Source of the DNA: Verrucomicrobiota bacterium
GTDB taxonomy: Bacteria; Verrucomicrobiota; Verrucomicrobiia; Opitutales; UBA953
NCBI GenBank assembly: GCA_041191065.1
Contig: JBEEPO010000003.1
Location: forward strand, 51,946-115,945
DNA: 64,000 nt
Direction: 5' to 3'
Below are positions 44,701 through 47,513 of this stretch, one piece after another; the first letter of the stretch is position 1, and the number at the start of each line of letters is the position of its first letter. Position numbers and translations under genes: made by a program. The notes beneath the pieces are model-generated. The model had not been told where the DNA came from. It worked only from the letters and a program-made list of their open reading frames with translations, and searched no databases.

Positions 44701-47513
44701 CCGACGCCGGCAAGGTTGGCTGAGATCGTACCGCTGTCGGCGGTGACCTTGTTCAGGGCGACGGTGCCGCCGCTCAGCGTGCCGCCCGCGATCGTGAAGC
44801 TGTTGGCGACCGTCTGGCCGCCGAGGTTGACCGTGCCGCCGGTGTTGACCGTCACCGTGCCGGTACCGAAGGCCGCGGCGTTGCCGGCGGTCAGCGTGCC
44901 GCCATCGACGACCGTGTCGCCGGAGTAGGTGTTGGCGCCGGAGAGCGTGACCGTGCCGGCGCCCGACTTCGTGGCCGCCGCCGCGCCGGCGAGGATGGCC
45001 GAGGCCGTGCCGGCCCGGAGGTCGTAGCTGGCGGCGGTCAGGACACCGGTGGTTCCGGAGATCGTGCCGCCCGCGAGGGTGACGGCGCCGACGGTCTCAG
45101 AAAGGGCGCCAAGCGCGAGCGTGCCGCCGGTGTTGACCGTGACCGCTCCGCCGTCGGCGAGGTGGTCGACCGCGTTGGCGAAGGCCAACGTGCCGCCGTT
45201 GATCGTGGTACCGCCGGTGAAGTCATTGGCGGCGGAAAGCGTGAGCGTGCTGGCCCCGGTCTTAGTGAGCGCCCCCGCCCCGGTCAGGCTGGCGGAGACC
45301 GTGCCACCCGTCGCCGTGAGCTGCGCGACCGCGAAGGTGCCGCCGCTGAGGGTGCCGCCGACATTGATCGTGACGTTGTTGGCGAGCGTCAGCGCATTGA
45401 GGTCGAAGGTGCCGCCGTTGACGGCGATGGCGCTCGTGCCGAAGGCGTCGGCGTTCGTGCCTCTGAGCGTGCCGGCGGTGACCGTCGTCGTCCCGGTGAA
45501 ACCGGTGTTCGTGCCGTTGACCGAGAGCGTGCCGCCCGCGCCGTTCATCGTCAACGAACCGGCGCCGCCGAGGGTGAGGTCGAGGTTCAGCGTGCCCGAG
45601 GTGTTGGTCGCGGTGAGCGAGGTCGGGGAGAAGGTCCCGGCTGTCTGCGTGATCGTCCCGCCCGCGAAGGTGATCGCGCCGCCGGTCTTCGAGAATGCGC
45701 CCAGGGCGAGGGTGCCGCCGTTGACCGTGATCGCGCCGGGCAGGGCGTCGTCGACGCCGAAGGCCAGCGTCCCGGCGGTGAGCGTCGTCGTCCCGGCGAA
45801 GGTCGTGTTGGCCCGGGCGATCGTCAACGTGCCGCCGACGCCGTTGAGGCTCAGCGTGCCTGCTCCGCCGATGAGCGCGTCGAGCGAGACCGCCGAAGTC
45901 GCGGTGACGTTGAGGGCCGTGGCGGAGAGCACGCCGGTCGTGCCCGTGAGGTTGCCGGAGGCGAAGGTGACCGCGCCCGTCGCCTGGTTGAAGGCGCCGA
46001 GGTCGAGCGTGCCGCCGCCGAGTGTGAAGGCGTTGGTGCCCGTCAGCTGGTTGGCCTTGCCGAAGGCGAGCGTGCCGGCGTCGACCGACGTGGCGCCCGC
46101 GTAGGAGAACGTGCTCGCCGCGTCGAGGGTCAGCGTGCCGCCGCCGATCTTGGTCAGGCCACCGGCGCCGGAGAACGTCCCCGTCAGCGTCCCGCCGGCG
46201 GTCCCCGTCGAAAGACGCGCGCCGCTGCCGTTCAGGTTGACCGTGCCGCCGTTCGTCAGGGACTCGATGGTCTCCGACCCGCCGAGGGAGAGCGTGGCGC
46301 CGGCGGCGATCGTGACGCCGGAAGTCGCGGAGAGGCGGTTGTCGCCCGTCGTCGCGAGCGTGCCGGCGCCGACCGTGGTCGCGCCGCTATAGGTATTGGC
46401 GCCGGAGAGCCTCAGGGTGCCCGCGCCGGCCTTGGTGAGCGAGAGGCCGCTGCCCCCGATGACGCCGCCGAGGGCGAGCGTATTGGCCGAGACCGTGATC
46501 GTGCGGTCGGCGCCGAGCGCGATCGCCCCGGTCGTCTGCGTGAGGTTGGCCGTACCGACGAAGGTGAAGTCCGCGGAGAGCGTCAGCGCGTTGTTGATGC
46601 TGAACGCACCGGCGGCGTCCAGGTTGCCGCCGTCGAGGGTGACCGTGGTGCCGCTGCCGAAGGCGTTGTTCGCGCCGGCGGCGAGCGTGCCCGCGGTGAG
46701 GGTCGTGGCGCCGTAGCCGTTGCCCGCCGAGGAAAGGGTGAGCTTGCCCGACCCGAGCTTGATCAGGCCGCCGGTGCCGGTGACGGCTCCGCTCAGCACG
46801 ACGTCGGAAGCGGTCGTGAGCGACAGGGAGGAGGCTCCCGTGGCGACCGTGCCGCTGATCGTCAGGATGCCGGTATTCGTCGCGTCACCGAGCGTCGCGG
46901 CGGAGCCCAACGTGAAGTTGTTCGACAGCGATCGTGCCGTGGAGCCGTTGGCCGAGAGCGTCGTGCCGGAGGCCATCGACACCGCGCCCGCGCCGAGGGC
47001 ATTGTTGGCGCCGATCCGGATCGCGCCGGCGGCGAGGGTGGTCGTGCCCGTGAGGACGTTGCTCGCGTTCGTGAGCACCAGCGTGCCGTCACCGTTCTTG
47101 GTGATGGAAGCGCCCGACAGGATCGAATTGACCGTCGCGGTGAACCCCGAGCCGACGGTCAGCGATGGCGAGGTCCCCGATAAGGTCAGCGTCCCGCTGT
47201 TGAGCACCACGTCGTTGTTGAACGTGACCGAGTTGGCGTAGGCGCCGGAGACCGTGACCGTCGCCGCCGAGCCGAAGGTCGCGGCGTTGCCGCCGCCGTT
47301 CGTGGAGTTCCACGGGTTCGTGCCGGAGGGAGTCCAGTTGGTCGTCGTCGTGCCCCAGGTCGCGTTCGGCGCGCCGGTCCATTCGAAGTTGGCGCCCTCC
47401 GCCGTGCCGGCGGCGAGCAACATCGCCATCATCGCCCCGGCCGCCAAGCCGGGTTTCCCCTGCGGCCGACGCCGGAAAGCCCAGAAGGGCGCTCTGTGGG
47501 AGGAATGCGGCAC
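11799..47513 (-). CDS. Giant classical (type Va) autotransporter, 11,904 aa: signal peptide, about 11,000 aa of autotransporter-associated beta-strand (PATR-like) repeats, C-terminal beta-barrel translocator
   Basis: One uninterrupted ORF. It starts with GTG at 47513 (in-frame ATGs at 47432 and 47429). The N-terminus ...FRRRPQGKPGLAAGAMMAMLLAAGTAEG/ANFEW looks like a signal peptide. The passenger shows a repeated core of the type G(A/T)LTLSGANT(Y/F)xGxTTVxAGTL about every 100 aa. Near the C-terminus there are two APGN(S/A)PG motifs. The last ~250 aa are an amphipathic beta-strand region ending in GFEVGYRRRF with a terminal aromatic residue, as in autotransporter beta-domains. Confidence 0.9.
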   Translation of the reverse strand: MPHSSHRAPFWAFRRRPQGKPGLAAGAMMAMLLAAGTAEGANFEWTGAPNATWGTTTTNWTPSGTNPWNSTNGGGNAATFGSAATVTVSGAYANSVTFNNDVVLNSGTLTLSGTSPSLTVGSGFTATVNSILSGASITKNGDGTLVLTNASNVLTGTTTLAAGAIRIGANNALGAGAVSMASGTTLSANGSTARSLSNNFTLGSAATLGDATNTGILTISGTVATGASSLSLTTASDVVLSGAVTGTGGLIKLGSGKLTLSSAGNGYGATTLTAGTLAAGANNAFGSGTTVTLDGGNLDAAGAFSINNALTLSADFTFVGTANLTQTTGAIALGADRTITVSANTLALGGVIGGSGLSLTKAGAGTLRLSGANTYSGATTVGAGTLATTGDNRLSATSGVTIAAGATLSLGGSETIESLTNGGTVNLNGSGARLSTGTAGGTLTGTFSGAGGLTKIGGGTLTLDAASTFSYAGATSVDAGTLAFGKANQLTGTNAFTLGGGTLDLGAFNQATGAVTFASGNLTGTTGVLSATALNVTATSAVSLDALIGGAGTLSLNGVGGTLTIARANTTFAGTTTLTAGTLAFGVDDALPGAITVNGGTLALGAFSKTGGAITFAGGTITQTAGTFSPTSLTATNTSGTLNLDLTLGGAGSLTMNGAGGTLSVNGTNTGFTGTTTVTAGTLRGTNADAFGTSAIAVNGGTFDLNALTLANNVTINVGGTLSGGTFAVAQLTATGGTVSASLTGAGALTKTGASTLTLSAANDFTGGTTINGGTLAFANAVDHLADGGAVTVNTGGTLALGALSETVGAVTLAGGTISGTTGVLTAASYDLRAGTASAILAGAAAATKSGAGTVTLSGANTYSGDTVVDGGTLTAGNAAAFGTGTVTVNTGGTVNLGGQTVANSFTIAGGTLSGGTVALNKVTADSGTISANLAGVGSALAKSGSGTLTLSGANTFSGGTAVTAGTLVIGATNTLLTSGALTVDGGTLSLGNFNQLAGAITYASGSITGGTGVLSGASFTANATTAVSLDAILGGATTLTMNGADGTLTLTRANTFTGGTTVTAGTLALGLANALPGAVTVNGGTLSLASFNKTSGAVTFTAGNITGTTGILSATSLASATTGTLSLDALIGGSGTLTMSGSGTLAVTRANSTFSGATSVSAGTLRAGDDAAFGTAVITVSGTGTLDLNGKTLTNAITLTAGTLAGGTISASQLTLTSGTISAILGSGALTKSTAGSVTLTGANTFAGGTTLSAGTLVVGATDALPGAIAISGSGALSLGAFNNAAGAVTFSAGTITSTTGELRATSLTANNAAAATIAGLLGGAGTLTKNGAGVLTLNGTNTYTGDTTINAGTLLAGADAAFGTSTVRLTAGILDLNGKTIGNSVIMTGGTLTGGTLSASLLTPTAGTVSAILGGAGALTKSTAGLVTLSGANTYSGGTTLSAGTIRAGSTSSLVGAYAVSGGTLDLATFNNTLGAVTFSAGSITGTTGVLSATSLTATHTGGTLTLAALVGGSTSVTMNGAGGTLSLTRLNTYTGGTTVTAGTLALGLDSSLPTARAVTVDGGTLALSTYNNTVGAVTISAGSITGTTGKLTAASVTGTGTATISAILDGAGTLTMNGAGTLTVSGANLYAGGTTVMAGTLVAGSATAFGTSTITLSGGTLDLNNLTIANTLVFAGGAITGGTIDASKATFETGTIGAKITGTVALTKATTGILTLTNAANDYTGGTTVSNGTLALGATDAAPGVLTLSGGTFDLTTFDATPTSVAISGGTIAGSTGVLSTSAISATPAGTATISAIIGGATAVTLNGAGALVLSGDNTYSGGTTVTTGTLRVGHDRALGSAGLTLNGGGLSNAGSTAITIANDLSLTADVALGSATFAGALDLTGTVDFTGTTRTLTVTSGVSLSGVVSNGGLTKAGTGTLTLNAANTYAGDTTVSAGSLFQGRANALGAVANLLTVGSAGTVDLKGFALTVSGLANISGAGGVVTNTGSAATLTLDGSVNKTFAGAITGAIALRKVGTFTQILTGANSFTGGTTLTEGKLELGAVNALGGNLVVDGGTLDLTTNNNASGAVAYASGSITGASGVLTASSLTVTNAGDLSLDAILGGTSALVKNGAATLTLNSISTFTGGTTLNTGTLALGGANRLRTTGAMTQNAGVFDLGGFDQQLGTFTLVDGTVQDGNLSVTTLGLQNGTIDAVLANGGGLVSTALTKSTTGTVTLASANTYAGTTTLTAGVLRAGDDAAFGTSALTLSGGKLSSVGATARSFANNVTLGGDVTLGDAVDTGAITFGGNFATSASARTVTLLTDLTVNGVTSGTGGWTKAGAGTLTLNGANTFSGGFNIAAGDVLVGSATGLGAASNLIAVGAGTSVDLQGNAATIGGLADISAAGGTFTNTGVAATLTLGGAVSSSFTGLISGAISLNKTGSASQTLGHANTFTGTTTLSAGTLVVGDDAAFSTGNVYLQGATLDLNGKTIGNMVYFTGGSLIGGTLLASQLVVEAGTISAVLSGPGRFNKTGTGTLTISGANNFTGGTVVDDGILAMGAHNVLPGSITLNGGVENGRYGGVLAMGAYNNANSTAIVFNGGDVTSTLGFTGVLTGTSFTSTNTVLDASEIRAVLAGTGASLTLSGAGTTALYGVNTYSGGTFINDGILLLKDRNRLNAAGIVTVDGGIFDLGGFAQQVGAVTLQTGTIRNGNLSGASYDFRSGTVSAVVADGSGGATAVNKTTAGTVTMTEINSYTGGTNVTAGTLALVQANALFRTGVINVSGGTFDLGGVAQKTGLVTLTGGAIANGTLNASGYTLMNGAISAVIGNVTSPAAATAINKVTDGSGGGGTVVLSNVNTYTGGTFVTGGTLELRANGALPLGRTLVVNGGTLDLTTTAQSVSTLQITSGSITSSTGTITVTSGGTPTFDLQGGTVSAILAGTGVAATKTGGGLVVLSGANTYTGLTTIDGGTLQLGRDDALLTTGSITVANGTFDLSTYSQTTNVLKLLGGSISGTGTLNASSYSLESGSIGIALTGAAVPVNKSTNGTVVLSGANTYGGGTNILAGSMWIGSSTVLDGANAIVSGPLGTGLVTMSNGVGLGTSSATPQTLRNEVRLLGNATLGNGSSGTLTLAGDLDLNQAARTLAVYNTVTVTGVIKDGGASAAAVVLNGNGTLTLGGANTYSGGTTINTSGSLVLAGNDRLLTTGNLTLAAGTFNLGGYAQTLVAVTQTGGLISNGSLSFTTLELQTGTVDAVLASGAVTKKTGGTSTLNAANTYAGGTALQAGILRVGNDGALGVGDLTITGGYLRAAGTTARTLANDIVLSATAYFGEYYTDYGALTLTGDVDLGGAAPRTIDLQADVTLTGVVSNGGLYKSGNNNLTLSGANTYAGGTTVAGGTLTLGADERLVDAGTVTITGGSFDLKGRTETIGAFTLTNGTVTDSAPAGSKGVLKASSYAISNGSINAVLADGPGGPSAMTKTGGNVWIYTTNTYSGGTNLNGGWILAGADGTLGTGLLTLTSGRLSSNGATDRTFTNDVVVAGDVQLGNIYDGFGNPQAYSGALIFTGGTDLNGSVRTIDNDSNVGFSGVVSNGGITKNGKLTLTLSGANTYSLGTTLNAGKIRVGNDAALGTTGLTINGNADWTLAPVLSSNGAAGTADFTLANPLTLGSGAYLRLGNPTDNGVLTFTGGVNLGGSRRIFVDSTVNFASNVRNGSLFKYGAGTLILSAANEYTGTTTIYEGTLRLGTNNVLPANNNIRIEGGVLDLAGFYDANDGFTITLVSGGLIDSSSGGRINGANIFIERDTISAVIATGAQITKTTTQVANLTGANSYTGLTTVSLGQLNIAAGSLPGLDAVNHPETAGKVRIAGGTLAAGGAYVGVMAWLNSGRLVTDGSYPSGGLAITGDSAETITFVGNPLLSLGATGNHTYSGSFTADSSTGGRVYRLGGGAGRLTFASVIADAGDGANPTKVVVRGDTDGSAVTLGAYNAFTGGLDLVSYYLDVSASDQFANFTGAGDNAIRFLGGTLRHRSVITDPSGKFAAVGAGQFIRIDTNGLSPTYATTLTGAGGLSKVGTGTLTATAGYQGATNVYAGVTDLRMDPLLATPAGNFTVFNSGTTLRLNASNDRTITSQTIQSSANYWNPAGNLAFYSTDGATLTMSGQITRSGYYGLLSVTGGRVVFDGTVANADTIDWTVSGGTLELRNASANLNGFVNSVAAGATVRLLASDQVKYDVGAMGGTFDLNGFGESVRHFTTVDGSVVTNAAGTASVLTMTGTGSFAGRLSDSLAGDGKLSLVISNTSATTLTKSTSDYRGGTTLDGGSLYFAGDNVLGSGGLVATAGVISSNQGATLRTYAGAYGVAGNVTYGDSAYYSWNAVSTLDFSGATTLRAADRTFTANTGVRFSGAGIGEDTAGLGFTKAGEGKMTLAGTNTYTGGTVVAYGTLATEGDNRLSSTAIIDVQNLSTYDPWNPHRNDSYLFTTLQIGGAETLNSFVTAGKTKANSGTIDLNGASAVLTTGTTGGDTTLIGRITGAGRIVKEGAGALTLTGATTHVYWYHDGIWGWRTATGDFQSTFTGGITLNGGTLQLAGNSGFGGATSIVTLNAGRLSSDSTGGRSFNNPLVFNADVPLGSLTKTGAMHNAGTVDLGGVNRTLLTDSDFSFSGVVSNGGLNKTGAATLTLTGANTYVGPTTLNAGWIRIGNNSGVGTSTAFSTSAVTLNAGRLSSNNGNNNAYTLANAITLGGDVALGHAAYYGPLTLSGTLNLGGAAHTMTVDSAITLTGVISNGGFTKAGAGTLTISSSAANTYAGATTITAGMVATGGSAGRLGSTSGVALSAGAVLQLNTSETINLLTGAGSVVLNGTAVRLTTGTNNGDYVLGSVVSGTGTFTKTGTGSVTLAGTNTYTGDTTLTNGTIRLGSDDALGNAVSSYLLVTAGRLSSDGATDRSLGNNITMNGDLALGSVTNTGRVTLAGGISLEGFNRTFTVDSVATISGILANGAITKAGASTLTLTAANTYTGGTTISAGTLLLGSAERLDDRGTLAALGGTFDLGGFTETVAVVTVDGGTVANGTLIGSNYANTSNVYALKSGAVSAVLGEMNSGVQKQSVNKTTAGTVILSGVNTYTGTTTVTAGVLATATNDGVLRSTASVTVAAAGTLRLGTTERLDALVSTGVIDFATGRLDLGLANTNTTLGGTITGTGGTLNKDGTGSLTVTGANSFAGDTILTAGVLRAGSNTAFGVSVLNLNAGRFTSDGATARTLGNALVLGGGVVLGDTSTFTGALTFSNTFSLGGGVRGITTDSTVNFTGVVSNGGFIKTGAGDVTLTGDNTYSLGTTLSQGTLRAGSDTAFGTGTVTLNAGRVSANSAVARSLANDLVLGADMLLGSTTDTGALTFSGDVDLGAATRTLTIDSAVTIGGIISNGGLTKLGAATLTLTGANSYEGATLVSTGVLATVGDGVLRNNGSGYTIAAGATLSVGGLETLDTLTNNGTLLLNGGTVTTGTGDADTTLTGAVTGTGFLIKEGAGSLLMTGGKSYSGGTTLNAGTLRVSSNNSLGTGPLTLNGGAFTSGGAGNRSLANALVFGGDIVFGASADYTGTLTFSGTTDLGDTVRTLTTNVDTTISGDIDPSSMIRPSGGLIKLGAANLTLSGNNAFKGATTVSVGGLITVGNSRLTNSSSVTIASGATLTVGGNETLNRIFNSGTIVNNGVITSGLATATTIDSVVSGTGAFIKEGAGTLTLNASTTYAAGTTINAGTLLLGAADRLLDAGLLTIDTGGTFDLGGFSETVGAVTLTNGAITNGTLTGASYAVRAGTVSGILAGAGIAVTKTTSGTVTFSGGNTYTGATAVSAGTLATTGDERIADVSAVSVSLGATLQLGGVETIQTVTNAGTITLPNAGSNLVAGSGANYTLGGTISGNGTFTKVGVGTITLSATGVYSYLGGTTVDAGALVFAASNHLANAAPVTVNGGELRLSTFSDTVGAVKLTGGTITGTTGVLTATAYDLQAGVITANLAGAGAIATKSTAGIVTLTGNNSFTGKFILNEGTIYAGSDTAFGAGQICINDPTIASDSTAARTFANEVLINGELFLGDLVNTGALTFNGSVDLGAAAWTITTYSPATFNGILSNGGFVKDGASSLTLGAINTYLGGTTLNAGTLVAGSATFAFGGAGGTAGLLTINGGSLDASVAATITNAISLGATLDFVGTANLTQNTGAITLTGSRAINVAANTLTLNGLVSGAGFGVTKSGAGKLILGGANTFGGGLTLSAGTLVLANNAALGTGTFTVDGGVVDASPAVTITNAIALGADLTFAGTANLTQGTGAIALGADRVITVNGSTLTLGGVIGGSGAGFTKAGAGTLRVTAANTYSGATNLDAGTLVLASSFFALGGSGSTAGLFTVNGGVLDAASGGATITNAVTLAADLNFTGSGNLTQNTGAITLTGSRSVSVGSTAAVTLGGDVSGDTFSLTKTGTGGLHLLGVVGTGTGGVSVSAGTLRLAGVNTYTGDTTLTAGTLIAGSATYAFGGSGGAAGTLFVNGGTLDATVAATITNAVNLGGNLLYAGTASLTQNTGAITLGAANRTLQISGSTVTLGGVIGGDAGVGIAKQGVGTLILAGANTYTGGTTLTQGPLVLASATHALGGSGGTAGTFTINGGSVDASVNATIANAITLGADFTFTGSANLTQTTGAITLGANRTITVGGSRLSLGGVVGGATFGITKAGAGTLELAGINTYTGNTTLSAGTLVAGSATFAFGGSGSTAGTLGLTGGILDASVNATITNAITFGANLVFTGTANLTQNSGAINLGGASRTITVNGSTLTLNGAVSGTGLGITKAGTGALVLGGIVGTGTGGSVTVNAGSLRLSGVNTYTGGTTLAAGATLYAGNNSAFGTGALTLNGGTLSSASATAYTLANNTTIAGNLALGDGVNVGNLTLNGTVGLGASVRSLTVSSGVNVTMNGVISGANGGITKLGAGTLTLGGASANAFTGATTVSEGTLATTTAGRFTTTSGVSVAAGATLTLGANETLNALTTVNTASLVTGSTVNLNGPGVVLSLGSGVTSLKGVVTGTGNLTKNSAGTLTLDAAGLFDYAGTTTISNGTLAYAADDQLVGPVVVNGGAFAIGSFSDTVASVQLTAGSITGTGGVLTSSATYDVRAGSVSAILAGATGAVGLTKTGAGTVILSGTNTYAGTTTVTAGILQLGANNVIADGSDLTVNGGTFNLGGFADTVGNVSLTSGTISNGTLTGSAYAFQAGTVSAKLSGSGNLTKTTGGTVSLSGANDFTGTTTVSEGTLSTTGNAVLTSSASVTVASGAFLTLGGNETLNTISNSGTITTNGALTTGTADADGTIGGALAGTGSLVKSGTGILTVTGANSYSGGTTLNAGVLRAGGATAFGTGTIDLAGGTFSSDGTTARTLANALTISGNIALGGATDDGALTFSGTVGLGAAVRTLTVDSAVTFNGIIGGALGGFDKQGLGTLTLGGANTYTGATTVSAGTLVTTASNRLANTSGVSVADGATLRLGGSETINALTTTASSTIVLDGAAVTLTTGVNTLSLSGAVNGAGNLTKAGAGTVTLDAAGTFSYAGLTTVSAGILAYAADDQLVGAVTVSGGTFGVGAFTDTIGKLTLSGGAITGTGALTVNSTDTIDLRAGSAAVDLDGTAAAIKTTAGIVTLTGNNGFSGGFTLTTGTVLIGSDTALGANGVALNGGTLASDATIAAGGARTIANDLSFGGDVTLGDAANTGVLTFTGTADLGAATRTLTTASDVVMSGVISNGALTKAGTGTLTLSVLNTYAGLTTVTAGTLVTSGAGILANTSGISISSGATIRLQGNETLNSIANSGTLTLDGAGVVLTLGTNDVAMTLAGLTNGAGSIVKDGTSSLTIGSAATNAYAGGFTLKSGNLYAASNSAFGTGTLTITGGVLSSDGATARTFGNALSITGDIVLGDAVRNGALTFLGDLDLGGSNRTAQIDSAVTFSGVVSNGQLLKTGAGVLTFTNGNTYSGGTTIDAGTVRFGASNTLDDTGFVTVATGGTLDIATFSDSVGLVQLSGGAITGTSGVLTGSAYDLQSGSASAILGGTGIAAVKSTAGTVTLSGANTFSGGLDLNGGVLQVGNNSALGTGTLILASGKLSSSSTTAYTLANAVTLGGDVTLGDAVNTGALTFTTGIDLGGIGRTFTTDSAVTFSGVVSNGGLIKEGSATLTLSGANTFADATTVNAGTLATSGDARLATTSGVTTLAGATLRLGGAETINTLNNAGEVDLAAAGSVLTTGASDYALGGTVSGLGSLIKSGAGLLTLDAAGTFSYTGGTTVNAGKLLLGANSRLADTGAVTVNGGAFDLGGFADTVGTVTLTGGTIENGTLTVNAADTFALQAGTVSADLAGTASLDKTTAGTVTISGANTYSGTTTVSAGTLVTDAGALGGTSGIAVNDATLTAVDANATATLALDGTGFATFSATDLFLGAVTNANTAVGALEFTGVTGTVTIGSLGGGGHTSFASDAATTGGISGGTVVVTGLLTSAISGGTVSAATLSSASVTGGATTIAGDATVTSFNLGTLTVGGATTITTLTAGTANLNGATASVTNLDGGTVALGATVLTVSAGTSAGVISGADGSLVKTGAGTLTLSGANTYGGTTTVSAGTLVTGAGSLAGTSGIVVDGGVLTAFDYNAAATLDVGAMGSAVISGTGLTLSGAVTNANLTSGSLDFTGTTDTITLASLAGTGSTRFGSAATISAGVSVGTVEVVGLLTADISGGTVAAGSLASASVTGGTTSVTGAAGVTSLNGGTLTVGGVATIGTLTSGAANLNGTTSSVATLDGGTVALGTTALTVSAGTFGGSISGVDGSLIKDSGGVLTLTGANTFGAGTTLAAGTLLAGDDAALGTGTITLDGGKLASIGSVARAFANDLTLGGAVTLGDATNDGALAFGGAVALGGAVRAVTTVADVTFAGVVAGTNGGLTKDGAGTLTLSAANTFTGGFTLDAGTVFAGTDTSFGTGTVTLNAGVISAVGSAARIFGNAVVLGGDLTFGATGNLGALSFGALSVGSSDRTLTTDADTSFTGEFTGSGDLTKEGAGSLTLAGASTFAGGVTINDGSLVTVGNHRLSASSGVTVAAGAALSLGGDETIDVLLNSGTVTIGGILTTGASDYTLGGVLDGTGSLNKAGAGTLTLALAADHIGGTTVSAGTLRLAAAERLADTGALTVAGGTFDLGGHTETVGAFVLESGTVTDGNLVASSYELQSGSFLADLAGAGVSARKTTAGVVILSGNNTFGGGLILDAGTIRAGSDTAFGTGTLCVNDPTLTSVGSAARTFANDVDINGDITFGDALNLGTLTFNGQIDLGAGSFVIETVADVTFANTVADGNLVKTGAGTLTLSGANTYAGTTSVNAGTLATVGDGRLASTSGLTVASGATLALGGDETLNTLHNAGTVTLALASTTLTTGATDYTLGGAVSGLGNLLKEGAGTLTLSATGVFTYKGSTIINGGTILYAGADLLDDESTVTINAGGTLDLNGFDDTVGTITLAGGSIINGTLTSANYELQSGTASTVIDGAANVLKTTAGTVTMAGANTYTGYTSINAGVLRVGDAAAFGPSGQLRLLGGSLTGIGSAALTFGNTVRFGGDFAFGSVADDAALTFTGATDLGGATRTVTTVADVAFTNTVANGSLVKDGAGALTLSGTNGFSGGLTLNAGALRAGSDTAFGDGTLTLNGGTLSSDGSAARSLANDLVANTDVTLGDATLDGALTFGGSLDLGGGERTLTTVSDVTLAGMVFNGGLTKAGDGKLTLSGPNTYAGATSVTAGTLATVGNSTLTATASVNVSAGATLALGGDEALEGIANAGTITLGGILTTGTSSYTLGGALGGAGSLVKAGGGTLTLTSLTTHAGGTTVDAGTLLLSGAGDHLADAGALTVNGGAFDLGTLAEAVGVVTLTGGAIANGTLTATSFAFEAGTVSAVLAGGGATKTTAGTLTLSGANTFGGGFTLGAGAVLAGDDGAFGSGLLALNGGVLSSAGADARAFANAVTLGGDATLGDATNNGALAFAGLIDLGATTRTLTVASAVAFDGVVSGTAGLTKAGAGTLTLTAANTFSGVTTVDAGSLVASAGSLGGTSSIAVNGAGLLDAVDYNPAATLGIAGAATVTISGAGLSLGDVQNAGSLSFTGATGVITLASLGGGGSAAFSSDATISAHGLSQGVVSAAGLLTSDISGGTISAGSLAATTISGGATAVSGIATIGTLSAGTVSLGGATASIGTLDGGDVALGATALTVAGGTFAGTLSGANGSLIKAGAGTLTLSGANTFGGGATLDDGLLLAGADGALGTGTVTFAGGTLAAVGSSARTFTNGISLAADATFGETTANNGALTFGGASELGSVARTVTTNADTTLAGVVSGSADLTKAGAATLSLSGANTFTGSITVGAGTLTAAGGSLGSTSAILVDGNAALSAVDYHSSATLGVAAGANATISGTDLSLAAVTNAGTVAFTGTTGTITLATLGGAGTTTFASHASLTGGISGGTVDVTGDLTSDISAGTVTVDGNVTAGTISGGTLAFNGATAAVSRLTGGDIALAGTTLSVSEGSTAGIISGTGGLDKTGAGSLTLLGANTFSGTTTVSGGTLTAAAGALGGTSAVSVGAAATLVAVDLNGSATLTVAATGAGDFSGAGLSLGTVANDGTLNFGATSGLITLGSLSGAGTTHFAADAFIVGGISGGVVNVAGNLKSTISGGIVTTFSLDTTSVTGGVVTVTGANTAAGGTNTVSGGTVRLGDDAAVATGGLVVAGAATFTSDGAGSRNVASDVILGGDVTLGDATFGGELNFTGAVDLGAASRTVTTVADATFAGDITGTGGLTKSGAGTLTLSGANNTFTGTTTVGAGTLATVGDNVLASTAGVSIASGATVRLGGDETLSSIDSSGTLQIDATLTAAIATGTSTLGGLVSGAGVLIKDGAGTLVVDGANTFTGGTTVNAGVLQVGHASALGTAAVTLNAGAFAAAGADGVALGNDFNVAGDVTLGDVTNAGALTLSGTVTLGTDRTLTTAADVTLAGAVVVSGLTKEGSATLTLSGAGAVTGDIVVSAGTLATGASATLGTAASVTVATGATLKVNGAETVAALTNAGSVLLAGGSLTTGDAADRAMAGSIAGTGSLVKAGTGVLTLAGASTFAGDTVVDAGTLNLTHDGALGTSTVTVNAGTLVANHDQGNVVNLLGGSLRGAGVVGATTIASGAILAPGNSPGTLTHASLTLTGGSIIEWQVTDALAAGISKTDSALVAGSAYDTLAITGVLDISGASAANPITVRVISLANPTDLTPGDANNFDTMKVNRFKFAEVGSLVTNATPFADLFTYDLSGFTDSDGAASETDLWAMSFESNVLWLTAVPQLLSYGVLAPGNAPGFLTLADINLTGRGTFEISKLPQVGGHYNDTVEFTGKANLNPTGVGEIAIARYEPTGELPDYGRRFVLFKGVGTPVTDPALVSSYFINPTPWSVVNLDPEARYLVVAPAAIDAGATPSAYDGQVRNADGLVHRPNEYAVYLVRGAAGYVQPGVGQGLTGYVQEKALTLSGQPLELGGTVYVPGALDPLVAQLMTMSDPMLSSAMNSLEPASFAAVPGTLALAQRSAANSLHRELAGHHSPKDGSCACCDCFHPYSEGFVLVNTSRFVGGTGAEAADFSSRADGVMGGLMKRTSRHASYGFALGHDTTNGTLGGGGTIEGNTMHATLFATSLLGEKTGTPYLNIGATLARTDSETARTTFLGTQRAQPTAQSLGGFARIGADYGLKQGFTLSPYAGLDFVHVDGDAFTETGDLSALEVRGYSYDSTRATLGTNLGWSTAGIASSFRFSIELEAFTELGSQTAEFDAAFGSGDRFLTEGRVGPGAGFRVAPSFIYQPDRNSSYYLTLSLEKAGETKTEGFEVGYRRRF
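11802..12560 (-). other. Autotransporter beta-barrel translocator domain of the giant protein
   Basis: About 250 aa from ...DGVMGGLMKRTSRHASYGFALGH to ...LSLEKAGETKTEGFEVGYRRRF, with an alternating hydrophobic pattern and a terminal F. A CACCDC cluster and a non-repeat junction region (12,560-13,880) precede it. Confidence 0.75.
27000..29110 (-). repeat. Six tandem, diverged copies of a ~342-nt (114-aa) super-repeat inside the giant gene
   Basis: The landmark GATCGCGTTGGTGATCGTGGC and its variants recur at 27198, 27540, 27888, 28293, 28638 and 28962, spaced 342, 348, 405, 345 and 324 nt apart. The protein unit is ...SATFAFGG.G..G.....GG.LDASV.ATITNAI.LGA.L.F.GTANLTQ.TGAI.L...R.I.V....L.L.G.V.G..FG.TK.G.G.L.L.G.NT..GG.TL.AGTLV. 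By-eye DNA identity between copies is roughly 70-85%. Confidence 0.75.

Noticed and set aside
11766-47183. Very long plus-strand ORFs antisense to the giant gene (11766..20069 at 2767 aa, 29676..35333 at 1885 aa, 38754..44723 at 1989 aa, 24735..27020, 45162..47183, 13765..16200 and others)
   Set aside because: The longest ones are in the codon-aligned mirror frame of the minus-strand gene: the start offsets from 11799 are multiples of 3. That frame only closes where the sense gene uses TTA, CTA or TCA codons, which are almost never used in this GC3-rich gene. Their translations are low-complexity Gly/Arg/Ala/Asp/Glu or Pro/Val/Ala strings with no recognisable domains. They are a by-product of codon bias, not genes.
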